Assembly: GCA_963720465.1 (NCBI GenBank)
Contig: OY970393.1
Coordinates: 2,208,001 to 2,272,000 of the forward strand
DNA from: Methanobacteriota archaeon
GTDB taxonomy: Archaea > Halobacteriota > Bog-38 > Methanoflorentales > Methanoflorentaceae
Direction of reading: 5' to 3'
DNA: 64,000 nt
Shown piece by piece: positions 1 to 10,574 of the stretch. A model generated the notes under the pieces. The model had not been told where the DNA came from, did not search any database, and was given only the letters and a program-made list of their open reading frames with translations. How positions within the stretch are numbered: position 1 is the stretch's first letter; the number at the start of each line of letters is the position of its first letter. Both the position numbers and the translations under genes were made by a program.

Positions 1-200
1 CGTTCCTCCTCCCCAATATAGAGGCGGTCATAGGCCTGCGGAACATAGTTCTCGCGTGGTATGAGTTCGAGCAGGGTAAAATTATCCTCGCCTACCACAT
101 GGATGATAGGCCTCTTCTTGTAAACGGGGCGAGGATCGTCAGGGTGGCCATGTGGCAGATAGTCTAATACGCGGACATATTGCTCTCTCTCGCCTCTCAT
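1..200 (-). CDS. DUF655 family putative RNA-binding protein (runs off window start)
   Basis: Manual translation from ATG at 200: MRGEREQYVRVLDYLPHGHPDDPRPVYKKRPIIHVVGEDNFTLLEL; conserved position downstream of rpoF. Confidence 0.85.
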   Translation of the reverse strand, partial: MRGEREQYVRVLDYLPHGHPDDPRPVYKKRPIIHVVGEDNFTLLELIPRENYVPQAYDRLYIGEEE

Positions 201-217
201 TTGGATCGCCCCAGGCC

Positions 218-562
218 TCAATAAAAGCGTGTTACTATGTCAAGTATTTCGTCGAGTTCCCCTTCTGTCAGCGAAAACCGTTCTTTTGCGTAGATGGATC
301 GCACCTCATCCTTGGACAACGGTAGTATGTCAGCGATTCTGATCGCGATCTCATCTTTCATCTTTTCGAGGTTCTTTAGCTCGTTGACGAGCTGCCTGGC
401 TTGCGATCCAGTAAGTTTTGAAAAGGTATTGACGTGGTCGAAGGCCCGTCTGAACTCGTAGGTGAACTCTTCTTCGGAACGAGGCGTTGTCAGCTCAACG
501 AAGATCTCTTTTACCTCAGAAAGCGTGAGCCTCTCCTCTGCCAATACGGTCTTTACTATCAT
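218..562 (-). CDS. rpoF: DNA-directed RNA polymerase subunit F (Rpo4)
   Basis: 114 aa, [20 protein letters not shown] motif; rpl21e-rpoF-DUF655 synteny. Confidence 0.93.
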   Translation of the reverse strand: MIVKTVLAEERLTLSEVKEIFVELTTPRSEEEFTYEFRRAFDHVNTFSKLTGSQARQLVNELKNLEKMKDEIAIRIADILPLSKDEVRSIYAKERFSLTEGELDEILDIVTRFY

Positions 563-858
563 TGCGCCTGCTTCTGTGCTTTCAGATGCTGCGGGCGTGC
601 TATTACCGTCTTTATCGCGTTGCCGTCCGTTACTTCCACCACGTATGCATGGCCGCGTTGCCCGAGCACTGTTCCGGTCCTGCCATGGAACTTTGGATTC
701 GGCATGCCCTTGTGGACGCTTGCGTCTAGATCGATATGGACTTTCTGGCCTGCTTCAAAACTCCTAATTGCATGACTTACCGGAGCAATGCCTCGTTCCC
801 TGATGGTTTTTTTCAGCTTGTACCGCGTCTTCCTCCGCTCACCGTGTGATCTTGGCAT
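559..858 (-). CDS. rpl21e: 50S ribosomal protein L21e
   Basis: [12 protein letters not shown]...[13 protein letters not shown]...RPQHL. Confidence 0.97.
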   Translation of the reverse strand: MPRSHGERRKTRYKLKKTIRERGIAPVSHAIRSFEAGQKVHIDLDASVHKGMPNPKFHGRTGTVLGQRGHAYVVEVTDGNAIKTVIARPQHLKAQKQAQ

Positions 859-2069
859 TAGAGACCTCCGCCAACTTGTAGTACATCAAGTTCTTCAACT
901 TTTGCATTTACGCCCAGAAGACCGGAAAGGCTCGGGGTGGTTCTGTCACTGTCTCCAGATATTAACTCCTTTACGTAGAGTCCACCCTCACACCGAATTA
1001 TTATCTCATCACCCTCCAGCTCGGCCGAATATACTTTCTTGCGTCGCTTCAAGTCTGCACGGCGATGCACTACTCGTTGAGGGGTTGTTTGCTCTATGTC
1101 GCCTTCAAGTCGCTTGAGCGCTTCTTTTACCTTTTCCTTACGAATTGGATGTTCGTATATTACTCTAAGCCTATAAACTTTATCCAACGGGGTGTTTTTC
1201 ACGTTTACGACCGCTTCGTGGTCAGCGAACACTAAATGACTTACCGCGATTTTTTTTTGCGAAGCGTTTATCACCTGTTCTAGTTCCTGAAGGTCGACTT
1301 TTCTTTTGTGAGGAGATTTTATCTCGAGAACAAAAGGTCTGCCGTTTCCAAGCATGCGCGCGTCGATATCCTCCCTGCCAGCGCCGTGAAATATTGCGTC
1401 TTGGCCACGGCTTGCGCTAAGTGCGTGGGCCCCTATCAGTTCCTGAACGGATTCGGGATACATTTTCCCAGTTAAGTTGCATCTTGCGCAGCCTTTTCCG
1501 CTGCACTCGCGACACGGCCATTTCGTCTGCGGCAAACCCCTAACGAACTTCATGTATCGGCCGGATAAAAAAAGCGGGTTCGCGTGAATCTCAACCTTAT
1601 CTCTGGCCAAATCGACTATGAGCAAGATGTCTGGCCTGCTAAATTCTGCCTGTTTCCCGGTAAGAAGCTCGATACGCTTGCCTAATTCTCTGTTTAAAGC
1701 TGATTTGAGCGGCTCGGCTGTCGTCGTTTTAGACTCAGCCCACAGTATTTCTTCATTCTCAGCGAGTCTGCCAGTCAGTTTAGTGCCAACTAGAAAATTC
1801 GCGAACTCGTAGTCATGGAGCTGTTCGAGACACCGTTCAACCAAAGAATCGAGATTATTGAACAGACCTCCGCAAACCCAGCACGTGCCATAAGCATCTT
1901 CCCATTCGGAGATGTTCGCTGGTGTGTTGTCAAGCATTGTTTTGACAATTCGGATCGCCTGTCCTCGCTGTTTGTTGGTGAGGTTCGTAGAACATTTTGC
2001 AAATTGACGCCCAAGACAATCGTCGCAAATAGGTCCTTCGCTCAATATTGAGGTCACTATTTCAAACAT
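858..2069 (-). CDS. pus10: tRNA pseudouridine(54/55) synthase Pus10
   Basis: CxxCLGR N-terminus, [31 protein letters not shown]. Confidence 0.97.
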   Translation of the reverse strand: MFEIVTSILSEGPICDDCLGRQFAKCSTNLTNKQRGQAIRIVKTMLDNTPANISEWEDAYGTCWVCGGLFNNLDSLVERCLEQLHDYEFANFLVGTKLTGRLAENEEILWAESKTTTAEPLKSALNRELGKRIELLTGKQAEFSRPDILLIVDLARDKVEIHANPLFLSGRYMKFVRGLPQTKWPCRECSGKGCARCNLTGKMYPESVQELIGAHALSASRGQDAIFHGAGREDIDARMLGNGRPFVLEIKSPHKRKVDLQELEQVINASQKKIAVSHLVFADHEAVVNVKNTPLDKVYRLRVIYEHPIRKEKVKEALKRLEGDIEQTTPQRVVHRRADLKRRKKVYSAELEGDEIIIRCEGGLYVKELISGDSDRTTPSLSGLLGVNAKVEELDVLQVGGGL

Positions 2070-2074
2070 CGTCT

Positions 2075-2414
2075 GTCCTCGCTGTTCTTTGTTACTCAGT
2101 GATTGTGTTGAGCTTAGCCGGCCCGCTTATCGTCTTTCCTGACTCAGCAGAGCATCTTCGTCTCCAAATAGTCGAAGATCGCCCCATTACGAAGGTGACG
2201 CCGTGAGCGTGGAGCCCGGCGCTCCACGTGTCTGGGTCGGGTTCTTACAACCCACAATCGATGCCCCGGCATTACGGCGAGCGCAAAATGGCGCGAGAAA
2301 TCCAACGTTCACGCATTGCCAGAGTACATCGATTCTGGCTGCACATCGAGGCGCCTGGTGAAGCGAAAAATCTCCTAAAGCGGCGAGCTTGTACCTTACG
2401 GCTGTGTGCCTCAA
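2075..2414 (-). pseudogene. trmY: Decayed, internally deleted tRNA (pseudouridine(54)-N1)-methyltransferase
   Basis: GDFSLxxxPxxAxRIDVLxxCV...F..RR matches the TrmY N-terminus; L*EPDP and FVMG-D...EDALL remnants lie in shifted frames; directly upstream of pus10. Confidence 0.72.
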
Positions 2415-2432
2415 GGCCGTCTCTAGATCGTC

Positions 2433-3056
2433 TCAACCCGGTACTTTTTCGGTGAATGCGAGAGTACCCGAGATCTTCTTGACTCGTACCTTTACGGTGT
2501 CTCCTTTGTGCGCACCCGGAACGAACAGCGAGTATTTGCCGACCTTGGCAATCCCGTCTCCTCGCTTCCCGACGGCTTCGATCCGTACGTCGTAGACGCT
2601 CCCCTCTTCAAGCGCACTGGCCGCACTTTCCTTCTTCACGTATCGTTTCCGTATAGGCCTGTGAGCGCCGCACGCGTCACACTTTAGCATTACCGTTCTT
2701 TCACTCTTCGTTAGATGTGTGTCTGGTCTATTGCATTCTGAGCAAATTACGTACTCGGCAACATAATCCTCGATGAGGCTGGCTATCATCTCTTGCGAAA
2801 ATCTGCCCTGAAAAATGACCCTCCCCCCGTCCGGCTTGCCTGCAGTCCCGAGTTCTCGTAACAGAAATTTGAGCACGTGCTCAGGATTTCTATTTAACAC
2901 GTCGCTGATTTCGCCGAAATTCTCAAAAACAGTCATTCTTCCTTCGACAAACACCCGGGGTACAGGTATCGAAAAACGTTCCGCAGCTATCGTTGTCTGA
3001 GGCAAGTTTTTGATGCCGCGATTCAAGTAGTTTTCATAACTGTCCGTACTATGCAC
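2433..3056 (-). CDS. eif2b: Translation initiation factor aIF-2 beta with C-terminal TRAM domain
   Basis: ELGTAG, CSECNRPDT, CDACGA zinc ribbon, TRAM (GKRGDGIAKV). Confidence 0.95.
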   Translation of the reverse strand: MHSTDSYENYLNRGIKNLPQTTIAAERFSIPVPRVFVEGRMTVFENFGEISDVLNRNPEHVLKFLLRELGTAGKPDGGRVIFQGRFSQEMIASLIEDYVAEYVICSECNRPDTHLTKSERTVMLKCDACGAHRPIRKRYVKKESAASALEEGSVYDVRIEAVGKRGDGIAKVGKYSLFVPGAHKGDTVKVRVKKISGTLAFTEKVPG

Positions 3057-3100
3057 CTTCTTTGACTATCACAATTTGCAGAGGTCCCGGTAGCCGGGCG

Positions 3101-3622
3101 TCACGCTTTGATGAGCTCAAACCCCTCGTCTATGACAATTCTGCACGGCGGCGGCACTTTCATTGAAGCCCTACGCAGCGCTTCTTTGGCTTTTAAAAAG
3201 TTAGGAGGATTTACAAACACGGTAAACACTTTTTGGTCAGAGGCTACGCGGGCGGCGGTTCCTACTGGCTTTCCAAATGCCCTCCTCATCCCATCCTGAA
3301 CTCGATCAGCCCCAGCGCCGGTGGCCATCTTGTTCTCTCGCAGCACTTGGTGTGGATAGACGCGGAGCTTCAGCCTGAAATTAAGCCTACCTGTCGATTT
3401 CATCAGGTACCGGTTCGCTGCGATCCTGGCGGCTTCCAGCGCAGTATGTCGTATTTGGCACGGTTCATCAACGCTGAGTGAAACTGCAACCTTGAAATCG
3501 CCACTTAGGTTGCCGGTATCGAACTGTGAAATCTTACTTCCAGGGACCCCCCCCATATAATACTTCCTGGTGTAGGCGGGTCCGGTAATCTTTCTATACA
3601 TCTTAGCTGGTTTGCGTGCCAT
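3101..3622 (-). CDS. rpl10e: 50S ribosomal protein L10e (uL16)
   Basis: [10 protein letters not shown]...[26 protein letters not shown]. Confidence 0.97.
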   Translation of the reverse strand: MARKPAKMYRKITGPAYTRKYYMGGVPGSKISQFDTGNLSGDFKVAVSLSVDEPCQIRHTALEAARIAANRYLMKSTGRLNFRLKLRVYPHQVLRENKMATGAGADRVQDGMRRAFGKPVGTAARVASDQKVFTVFVNPPNFLKAKEALRRASMKVPPPCRIVIDEGFELIKA

Positions 3623-3753
3623 TTTATCCTCGTTATTGAACTGTAACTAGCATTCACGTGATTCGTTAAAAAGTTTTGCCGGTTTGGAATCACACGCGGC
3701 GAGAAGATAAAGCTGAAGACCGTGATCTGTTTGCTCTAATGATTCTCACGCAA

Positions 3754-4380
3754 TTAAGCCAAGCGTGCAATGATTGCTGCGTGCGCCTTATAAAACGGTT
3801 CGAGCTCGTAGACGTACTCAATGTCGAATAGCTCTTCTAATTTCTTGACTTCTCTTTTATAGACTGTTTTGGGTTCCTCAGTAACATCTATGCTTCGCGC
3901 TTTAATTATAATGCAAGCGTAGCCGCGTGGTTTTAAGAACAACTCGGCGTTTTTAACAGCGATTTCAGCTTGTCTCGGCTGTGCGATGTCCTGGTACAGC
4001 AGATCAACAAGTTCGACAACAGGTCCATAGTCAGGGTGCGCAGCGTCTGAAATCAGGGGGACGATATTCGTCACGCGCTCTGACAAACGAACGAGGTCCC
4101 TTGCTACGCGTGGCGCAAACTCTACGGCGTACACGAGTGAAACAATGTTGGCTAGGTGCGAGACAGTCGTTCCAGACGCGGCCCCTAAGTAGAGCACAAT
4201 CTGCTCAGGCGCCAGAGGCACTTGCGCCTGCTTCGTCAATAATGCTGCCAGCTTACTCCTTCGCGGATTCCAAAGCCGGTACCCGTCGAATGTCCTCTCC
4301 CCGTACAGGGCTTCGCCTTTCGTGGCTAACTGCCTATCTAGTAAAAAAACTCCAGGGACCTTATGGTATCTTATCTTCAT
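3754..4380 (-). CDS. flpA: Fibrillarin-like rRNA/tRNA 2'-O-methyltransferase
   Basis: WNPRRSKLAA, LYLGAASGTTVSH, YQDIAQPRQ; ATG at 4380 overlaps the nop5 end. Confidence 0.95.
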   Translation of the reverse strand: MKIRYHKVPGVFLLDRQLATKGEALYGERTFDGYRLWNPRRSKLAALLTKQAQVPLAPEQIVLYLGAASGTTVSHLANIVSLVYAVEFAPRVARDLVRLSERVTNIVPLISDAAHPDYGPVVELVDLLYQDIAQPRQAEIAVKNAELFLKPRGYACIIIKARSIDVTEEPKTVYKREVKKLEELFDIEYVYELEPFYKAHAAIIARLA

Positions 4381-5266
4381 GTTGTTCGGGGTTGCGCTCT
4401 GCGGTCTGCAGTTCGCCAACTCGTTTTTCCACTTGGCTTAATAATTCAGGATAGACCTTTTTTGAATAGAAGTCTAAACGAGCCGCAATGGCTATTTTTG
4501 CGGCTAAGATTCTTGCAATCTTTCCTCTGTTGTTCGGGTGACTGCCGCGAACGAGCGGATGTTGAAAAATAACTCCGTGCTTGGGCGGTTTTGTGCCGTA
4601 CTTTATATGCCTGAATAGCGCCTTGGAAGCGCCTATTACCTGAATCCTGCTAGCCGGCATTCTTGCGAGTGGCCCTAAGCCACCTGCTCGAGCGATTAAT
4701 CGCGCCCCGAGCAATTCACCAGCGAGCGTGGAAAGATTGGGGGCGGTGGTGCGCATTTCAAGCTCGATGGCGCTTGCTATCTCCTGTCTCAATTCGCAAA
4801 GTTGGCGTATGGAACCGGCAAATTCCTGCGCCAGCGGTGACTGTGCGGAAGGTGAGGAGGCAAAAGCTTCCAGTAGGTCCTCTGGCATAGACGTCTCCGA
4901 CGTCAGCAAACACCACTCCGAAAGCCGTTCAGAGAGCAAGTTTATCGATTCATCAATGTCGTCGATACCATCAATTAGTTGGATGATGCGTGCGTCGGGC
5001 TGCGCAAACGCTGCGACTATCCGTTGCTTCGCGCGTTGTATCATAACAGCGCGAAGTAGTGAAACGTATTCGCGCTCGGAGCTGACAACTTGAAGTTTGA
5101 TCGCGATCTCCCTGAGACGACCTCTACATTCTTTATCGAAATCGGTAAAGTCCTCTTGCTGTAAGCGCTGTGCCATGGCGTCGATGTCTGCCTTCAAGAC
5201 CTGCGAGCGGGCGATCTCGTCGTTGTGCAGTTCAATATCTCCAAACCAAGTTTTGATATGTGCCAT
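4361..5266 (-). CDS. nop5: C/D box sRNP protein Nop5 (Nop56/58)
   Basis: APNLSTLAG, MPASRIQVIGA, PKHGVIF, RGKIAR; adjacent to flpA. Confidence 0.95.
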   Translation of the reverse strand: MAHIKTWFGDIELHNDEIARSQVLKADIDAMAQRLQQEDFTDFDKECRGRLREIAIKLQVVSSEREYVSLLRAVMIQRAKQRIVAAFAQPDARIIQLIDGIDDIDESINLLSERLSEWCLLTSETSMPEDLLEAFASSPSAQSPLAQEFAGSIRQLCELRQEIASAIELEMRTTAPNLSTLAGELLGARLIARAGGLGPLARMPASRIQVIGASKALFRHIKYGTKPPKHGVIFQHPLVRGSHPNNRGKIARILAAKIAIAARLDFYSKKVYPELLSQVEKRVGELQTAERNPEQHEDKIP

Positions 5267-5348
5267 AGCTCATTTTGTCGTCAGTTGCGCCAGTCTTCGC
5301 AACGGATGCGATGACGCCTATTCAGATTGATAGACGGCTCTATATATC

Positions 5349-6287
5349 TTGGGGCAAATTTATAGTTTGTCGGCTGGAAGTGATGAATTGGACGTCCGCA
5401 TCGGCAAACTGACGTTTAGTAACCCCACGATGCTCGCCGCAGGGATTATGGGATCTGCTGCATCTTCTCTAAGGCGTATCATGACGTGCGGTGCAGGAGG
5501 CGTAGTGACAAAGTCAGTAGGTCTCACGCCTCGCGAAGGTCATCCCGGGCCCGTCCTCGTTGAGACCTCATCTGGATTTCTTAACGCGCTTGGGTTACCC
5601 AACGCGGGACTCGCGTTTACTGCCGAACTTGAGCAGCTGATTGCCGAAGCCGAACGAAAACCACTAATCGTCAGTATATTTGGCGCCAACGCAGACGAAT
5701 TCGCTGAGCTAGCCACAACGTTTTGCCGGTTCGCTGACGCCCTTGAGCTTAACCTAAGCTGCCCTCACGCCCGGGGGTATGGAATCGAAGTTGGCTCAGA
5801 GCCGGCACTGGTCCAGTCTATTACGCGCTCTGTGAAAAAACAGGTCAAACTTCCTGTATGGGTCAAACTCACTCCTAACGTAACTGATATCACGGAAATA
5901 GGGCACGCAGCAGAAAAAGGTGGGGCTGACGCTGTAGTGGCGATAAACACCGTCAAGGGAATGGCGATCGATGTGGAAAGCGGAAGGCCCGTCTTGGGTA
6001 ACGTGTTTGGCGGACTCTCAGGCGGTGCGATAAGGCCCGTCGCGGTTAAATGTGTTTACGATCTCTACGAAGCCCTTAGCATCCCTGTTGTCGGGGTCGG
6101 CGGGGTCGGCAGTTACGAGGACGCCTTGGAGCTCATTATGGCAGGAGCGAAGGCCATTCAAATCGGGTCGGCCGTGGCCGGGGATCTATCGATCTTTAAG
6201 CGTGTGGCGGACGGAATCGACCGCTACCTTGCCAGGAAAGGCATAACACTTGAAGATGCGGTCGGAAGTGCACACGAGAGTCATTGA
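5349..6287 (+). CDS. pyrD: Dihydroorotate dehydrogenase (family 1B); probable start TTG 5388
   Basis: NALGLPN, ELNLSCPH, VKLTPN, GGLSG motifs. Confidence 0.95.
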   Translation: MGQIYSLSAGSDELDVRIGKLTFSNPTMLAAGIMGSAASSLRRIMTCGAGGVVTKSVGLTPREGHPGPVLVETSSGFLNALGLPNAGLAFTAELEQLIAEAERKPLIVSIFGANADEFAELATTFCRFADALELNLSCPHARGYGIEVGSEPALVQSITRSVKKQVKLPVWVKLTPNVTDITEIGHAAEKGGADAVVAINTVKGMAIDVESGRPVLGNVFGGLSGGAIRPVAVKCVYDLYEALSIPVVGVGGVGSYEDALELIMAGAKAIQIGSAVAGDLSIFKRVADGIDRYLARKGITLEDAVGSAHESH

Positions 6288-6288
6288 A

Positions 6289-7236
6289 ATGGATCTGAAG
6301 AAGCTGCTTAGCGCGACGAGTGTGCTGCTCGTAGACGACACGTACGCGGGCCTAAGGGATACTACCTTCTCGAAGTTTCTTCTTCGAGAGATGCTCGATT
6401 CACCGATAGACGCGATCGCTTCGTTCATTTGTGAAGGTCAAATACGCGGAATTGTCTTCAAGCAGGATTTTTGGACGTTAGTCACCGACATAGTCCGGTT
6501 TGATCCAGAGTTCGATAGCTATGCCAGAGCGCTATATCAGGGGGCCAAATCCGACAATAAGCGATCGTTTGTGATCGAGGCAGCCGATTTTCACGCGGCG
6601 GTATGCGTACTTTTGTGCGACCTGCTAGTGAGTGGTGAATCCTGTGAATGTTACGGCGGCAGACGAGCTCACGTGCTAGCATACTCGCCTGAGCGTCAGG
6701 AGCGCTTACAGCTGCTTTTTAAGACTAAAATAGACCTATTATACGATTTCAACGCGGAAGAGATGCTGGAGGTATGCTGTGGCAACGGCATGGCCACCGC
6801 TGCGCTCCGCGAGCTTGGATATAACGTGTATGCAATAGATAACGATAAATGCGCAGTTTGTGAGGGGTTATTCTACGGCGCTCTTACCAAAGAAAACACG
6901 CTGGTGATGGACGCCCGTTGCCTAGCGGAATACGAACTCGCCAAGTACCACGAGTTCAGGTGCGTCGTTGGTTTTATGCTCGGGTCCATTTATGAGTTCA
7001 ACAAACCTGATTGGCGGAAGATATTATCAGAGGCTGCCACGGTCATTAGTGAGGGGCTTTTGTTGTTTACTGTGCACAAAAAAGAAGAGGTTGATTTCAT
7101 TTACAAAACGATGCTAGACTTTGGCATCGAAGGCGAACTTATTGACAACCGGGACGATACCAGCATTTACGACCAGTGGGTCTACATCGGCCTCAAGCGA
7201 GCGAGCGCCTGTGCACCTTCAAATTCCGAGGAGTGA
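6289..7236 (+). CDS. Class I SAM-dependent methyltransferase-like protein
   Basis: Long ORF with LEVCCGNG motif I followed by YAID; starts right after the pyrD stop. Confidence 0.65.
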   Translation: MDLKKLLSATSVLLVDDTYAGLRDTTFSKFLLREMLDSPIDAIASFICEGQIRGIVFKQDFWTLVTDIVRFDPEFDSYARALYQGAKSDNKRSFVIEAADFHAAVCVLLCDLLVSGESCECYGGRRAHVLAYSPERQERLQLLFKTKIDLLYDFNAEEMLEVCCGNGMATAALRELGYNVYAIDNDKCAVCEGLFYGALTKENTLVMDARCLAEYELAKYHEFRCVVGFMLGSIYEFNKPDWRKILSEAATVISEGLLLFTVHKKEEVDFIYKTMLDFGIEGELIDNRDDTSIYDQWVYIGLKRASACAPSNSEE

Positions 7237-7377
7237 GCACTTGCGGCTCGCTGCTGAGGGCATCACTTCAACAGTCTTCATTGCTGTCTTGCTTTGGTTT
7301 CTCTCTTAATTGCTTTCGGATTACGTGCGTCGCTGTTAAAGAGAACGTCATGGACTCGCAAGGGGGCGGAGCGCCGA

Positions 7378-8847
7378 TCATTTTGATCGTCCGGCCAAAA
7401 CGTCTGCTATGCAGTCGATAACGTCTGTTGCCAAGAGGCTGTATCCAAAGCGGAAATATGCCAAGTCGCCGGCACGACCGTTAAGGTACGCAGCTGCTGA
7501 AGCTGCTTGCATTTTGCCCAGGCGCGTTGAGAGAGCACCGACAAGCCCCGCTAGGGCGTCGCCAGTGCCCCCGACGGTCATCGCGGCGTTACCGGTCTTG
7601 TTGAGCCTGTGTTTCGTTCCGTCCGAAATAATATCGATGCGACCCTTTAGTAGTGTTACTACGCCCCAATCTCGCGAAAAAGCTTTCACCGCTTCTATTC
7701 TTTCTTGAAGCGTGCTTGGAACTACGGCACCTGTGAGAGCTGCAAACTCGCCCAGGTGTGGCGTGACCGCGATTCTGCCGCTCTCATACTCTGCGTGCGC
7801 AAGGCCCAGGAGCGCGTCTGCGTCGAGCGTTAGGTTGTTAGAAGCCGTTATTAGCGCGCTAGCAGCTCGGATCGTCTCTGCGTCAGCACCGAGACCAGGA
7901 CCCAGCACCACGGAATCGTGCTTGGCAATGAGCTCGATCAGACTCTCAACGTCTCGTGTGGTGAATCGGTTGATACCTACCTTTCGAACTATGAGGTTTG
8001 GACTGAATCCTGCTATGATTTCAGCGTTTGGTGATGCAACAGTCACGATATCGACCCCGCCTCTCATCGCCGCCATAGCAGCGAACGTTGGCGCCCCCAA
8101 ATAGGGGCCCCCGCCAATAATCAGCACGCGCCCATTTTCCCCTTTGTGACTTTCCGCGCGCCGATGCAGCAACAAATCTCCCGGGCCAGTGTACAGTTCT
8201 GCCTCCAGTGGAATCCCAATATCGCAGACTGTGGTTCCCTTTAACCGTGTGCCTGCTTTAAGGCCATGAAAGGTTACTAGGTAATCTGAATCAACCACAG
8301 TCTCTGTTCGATACCCGCTTGGCACATCAACCGACAGTGTCTTGATTTCTGTGCGATTGATTAGGTGAATAACAGTTCGTTCCGGCTCGCGCACGGGCCC
8401 TGCTAACCCGGTTCCAAGAACGGCGTCGACAAGCAGGTCATAACCTTCTAACGTCGTCAGAGGACTTTCCGGGCCAAAAATTGCGGCGCCTTGACAAAGC
8501 GTTACCGAATGATCCAAGTGTTCCAAAATCTTCCAGTTCTTTCGTGATTCTTCAGTCTTCAGGGCGTTCTCATGGCCGACTAGCACCACGTGAACGGCAA
8601 AATCGCGCGACAGATGCCGAGCCGCAACAAAGCCGTCGCCCCCGTTGTTCCCTAGACCGCAGATGATGGCTATTGACTTGGAAGAGCCGCGTGAACCTTC
8701 GCAGAGCTGCCGTACGCGTTCCGCGACAGCCTTTCCCGCATTTTCCATGAGCTGCAGTTTGGAAATGCCGAGCCCAACGCAGTTTTCGTCGATGCGCCGC
8801 ATGTCTTCAGCAGATAACGGCTCGAGAGGCATAAACCTAAAATGCAT
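7378..8847 (-). CDS. nnr: Bifunctional NAD(P)H-hydrate epimerase/dehydratase
   Basis: LMENAG, GNNGGDG, SHKGENGRVLIIGG, TPHLGEF, GGTGDALAG. Confidence 0.95.
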   Translation of the reverse strand: MHFRFMPLEPLSAEDMRRIDENCVGLGISKLQLMENAGKAVAERVRQLCEGSRGSSKSIAIICGLGNNGGDGFVAARHLSRDFAVHVVLVGHENALKTEESRKNWKILEHLDHSVTLCQGAAIFGPESPLTTLEGYDLLVDAVLGTGLAGPVREPERTVIHLINRTEIKTLSVDVPSGYRTETVVDSDYLVTFHGLKAGTRLKGTTVCDIGIPLEAELYTGPGDLLLHRRAESHKGENGRVLIIGGGPYLGAPTFAAMAAMRGGVDIVTVASPNAEIIAGFSPNLIVRKVGINRFTTRDVESLIELIAKHDSVVLGPGLGADAETIRAASALITASNNLTLDADALLGLAHAEYESGRIAVTPHLGEFAALTGAVVPSTLQERIEAVKAFSRDWGVVTLLKGRIDIISDGTKHRLNKTGNAAMTVGGTGDALAGLVGALSTRLGKMQAASAAAYLNGRAGDLAYFRFGYSLLATDVIDCIADVLAGRSK

Positions 8848-8867
8848 AGCGTGGAGATATAACGCTT

Positions 8868-9326
8868 GTGCTACGACGCGTCCGGATCATTGCAGATTAC
8901 CAGTTCGGGTCTGGTGCCGGAGAAAGTCTCTTTCCTGAAACGGTCACTTTCGTGCTATCGCGAACGCGAAGGGTCAGCCAGGTTCTCGACGGCGGAATTA
9001 GGGTGGCGACACTGCGCGCGTCTGACGGACTTTTCACGCTAGGCGAGCTAGGAGCACGTCGGCTCCACGAATTTTTTTCGTACCCGAAGCTGCGTGTTGT
9101 CGTCAATGCCGAATCTGCGCCGTTCGTCGGGGCGGGAAGAACGGCCTTTGCAAAACACGTCATAGATGCTGACCCTGATTTGAGGGCGCAGGACGAGGTG
9201 CTCTTAGTCGACGAACGTGACGCGCTCATAGCGACAGGTCGGGCTCTCTTGAGCCCACTAGAGATGTGTGCGTTCAACAAGGGAGTGGCAGTGAGAACGA
9301 GGCAGGGTTTCCTTGAGACGGATTAA
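8868..9326 (+). CDS. PUA-domain protein (archaeosine TGT C-terminal-like)
   Basis: IADYQFG, FAKHVIDADPDLRAQDEVL, GVAVRTR. Confidence 0.85.
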   Translation: MLRRVRIIADYQFGSGAGESLFPETVTFVLSRTRRVSQVLDGGIRVATLRASDGLFTLGELGARRLHEFFSYPKLRVVVNAESAPFVGAGRTAFAKHVIDADPDLRAQDEVLLVDERDALIATGRALLSPLEMCAFNKGVAVRTRQGFLETD

Positions 9327-9397
9327 AGACGCATTGTGCGTTTAGACTTTCCGAATCGTGCACCATAATGTAAAAATCCTTTGAATGTGTCATTAAC

Positions 9398-9748
9398 GTG
9401 GGTGATTCTATGATTCCGGGCATGCGGGGAATGAGTCCCAAAAAACTACAGCAAATGATGAAACAAATGGGGATCGACGTCGAAGAGTTGGAAAACGTCG
9501 AGCGGGTGATCATCCAGCTTTCTGATAAAGAACTCATTTTCGAAGACGCAACGGTGACCGTGATGACGGCGCAAGGAACTAAGAACTATCAGATATCCGG
9601 GGAGCCCACAGAGCGTGCGAAAGTGAACGATGAAGACGTCAAAATAGTTACAGAACAGGCGGGAGTCAGCGAGGATGCTGCGCGAGAGGCCCTCGTGACT
9701 TCCGGCGGAGATCTTGCTGATGCCATCCTCAAATTGAAGGGGCAGTAG
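9398..9748 (+). CDS. nac: Nascent polypeptide-associated complex protein (aeNAC)
   Basis: MMKQMGIDVEEL, C-terminal UBA GDLADAILKL. Confidence 0.95.
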   Translation: MGDSMIPGMRGMSPKKLQQMMKQMGIDVEELENVERVIIQLSDKELIFEDATVTVMTAQGTKNYQISGEPTERAKVNDEDVKIVTEQAGVSEDAAREALVTSGGDLADAILKLKGQ

Positions 9749-9757
9749 CAGCAAAAT

Positions 9758-10483
9758 ATGGTAAAGCACGCGCTTTTGATCTCTGTCGCGAACGCCGAAA
9801 GGCAATTCTTAGTTAGATCCGAGGGGGAGCTTCACACGGACGCGGGCGTCATCAACCTCGAGATTCTACGAGCTCTGGAATACGGAAGCACAATTACCAC
9901 GCACCTGGGCACGGAGTTCAAGGTGCTCAAACCCCGCGCTCCTGACTATTTTCGTCACTTGAAGCGAACGGGCGCGCCCATGATGCCGAAGGACATCGGC
10001 ACTATAGTTGCTCATACGGGTCTTAACAATAAGGATATTGTCCTCGACGCAGGCGCAGGGTCGGGAATCACAGCGATCTTTTTAGGAAGCGTCGCCGAAC
10101 ACGTAACGTCGTACGAGATCAATAGTGATTTTGCTAGACGCGCTGCGCAGAATGTACGCTACGTAGGCCTGACGAACATTGATATCGTTGAAGGCGACGT
10201 GCTCGAAATGACCTCAGAGATGGAATTCGACCTCATCACCCTCGATTTGTACGAAATCGTCAAAGCAATCGGAGTGGTAAAGGGATATCTAGCGCCCGGT
10301 GGGTTCATTGCAACCTTCTCTCCGTTCTATGAGCAGGCTTTTGAAGCACGCAGGGCGCTTGCGCGCTTTACACAAATCAAGACGTTTGAGGTAATTGAGC
10401 GGGAAATACAGTTCGGAAAGAGAGGTACTCGCCCTGCGACACGAGTGGGGCACACTGGGTTCGTTACGATAGCCCGCGCGTAA
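9758..10483 (+). CDS. trmI: tRNA (adenine-N1)-methyltransferase
   Basis: PKDIGTI, DAGAGSG, TRP...GHTGF. Confidence 0.9.
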   Translation: MVKHALLISVANAERQFLVRSEGELHTDAGVINLEILRALEYGSTITTHLGTEFKVLKPRAPDYFRHLKRTGAPMMPKDIGTIVAHTGLNNKDIVLDAGAGSGITAIFLGSVAEHVTSYEINSDFARRAAQNVRYVGLTNIDIVEGDVLEMTSEMEFDLITLDLYEIVKAIGVVKGYLAPGGFIATFSPFYEQAFEARRALARFTQIKTFEVIEREIQFGKRGTRPATRVGHTGFVTIARA

Positions 10484-10574
10484 CCGCAGCGCGCTACCTC
10501 TAACGCTGTTTTTGCGTACGAAGTGAGCACCAACTTATAAATAATAATAATATGAACGATTTTTTGTGGGGTGT

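Noticed and set aside
2100-2430. SRP RNA, RNase P RNA or tRNA in the pus10 upstream gap
   Set aside because: No SRP helix-8 or RNase P signature and no cloverleaf; better explained as a trmY remnant.
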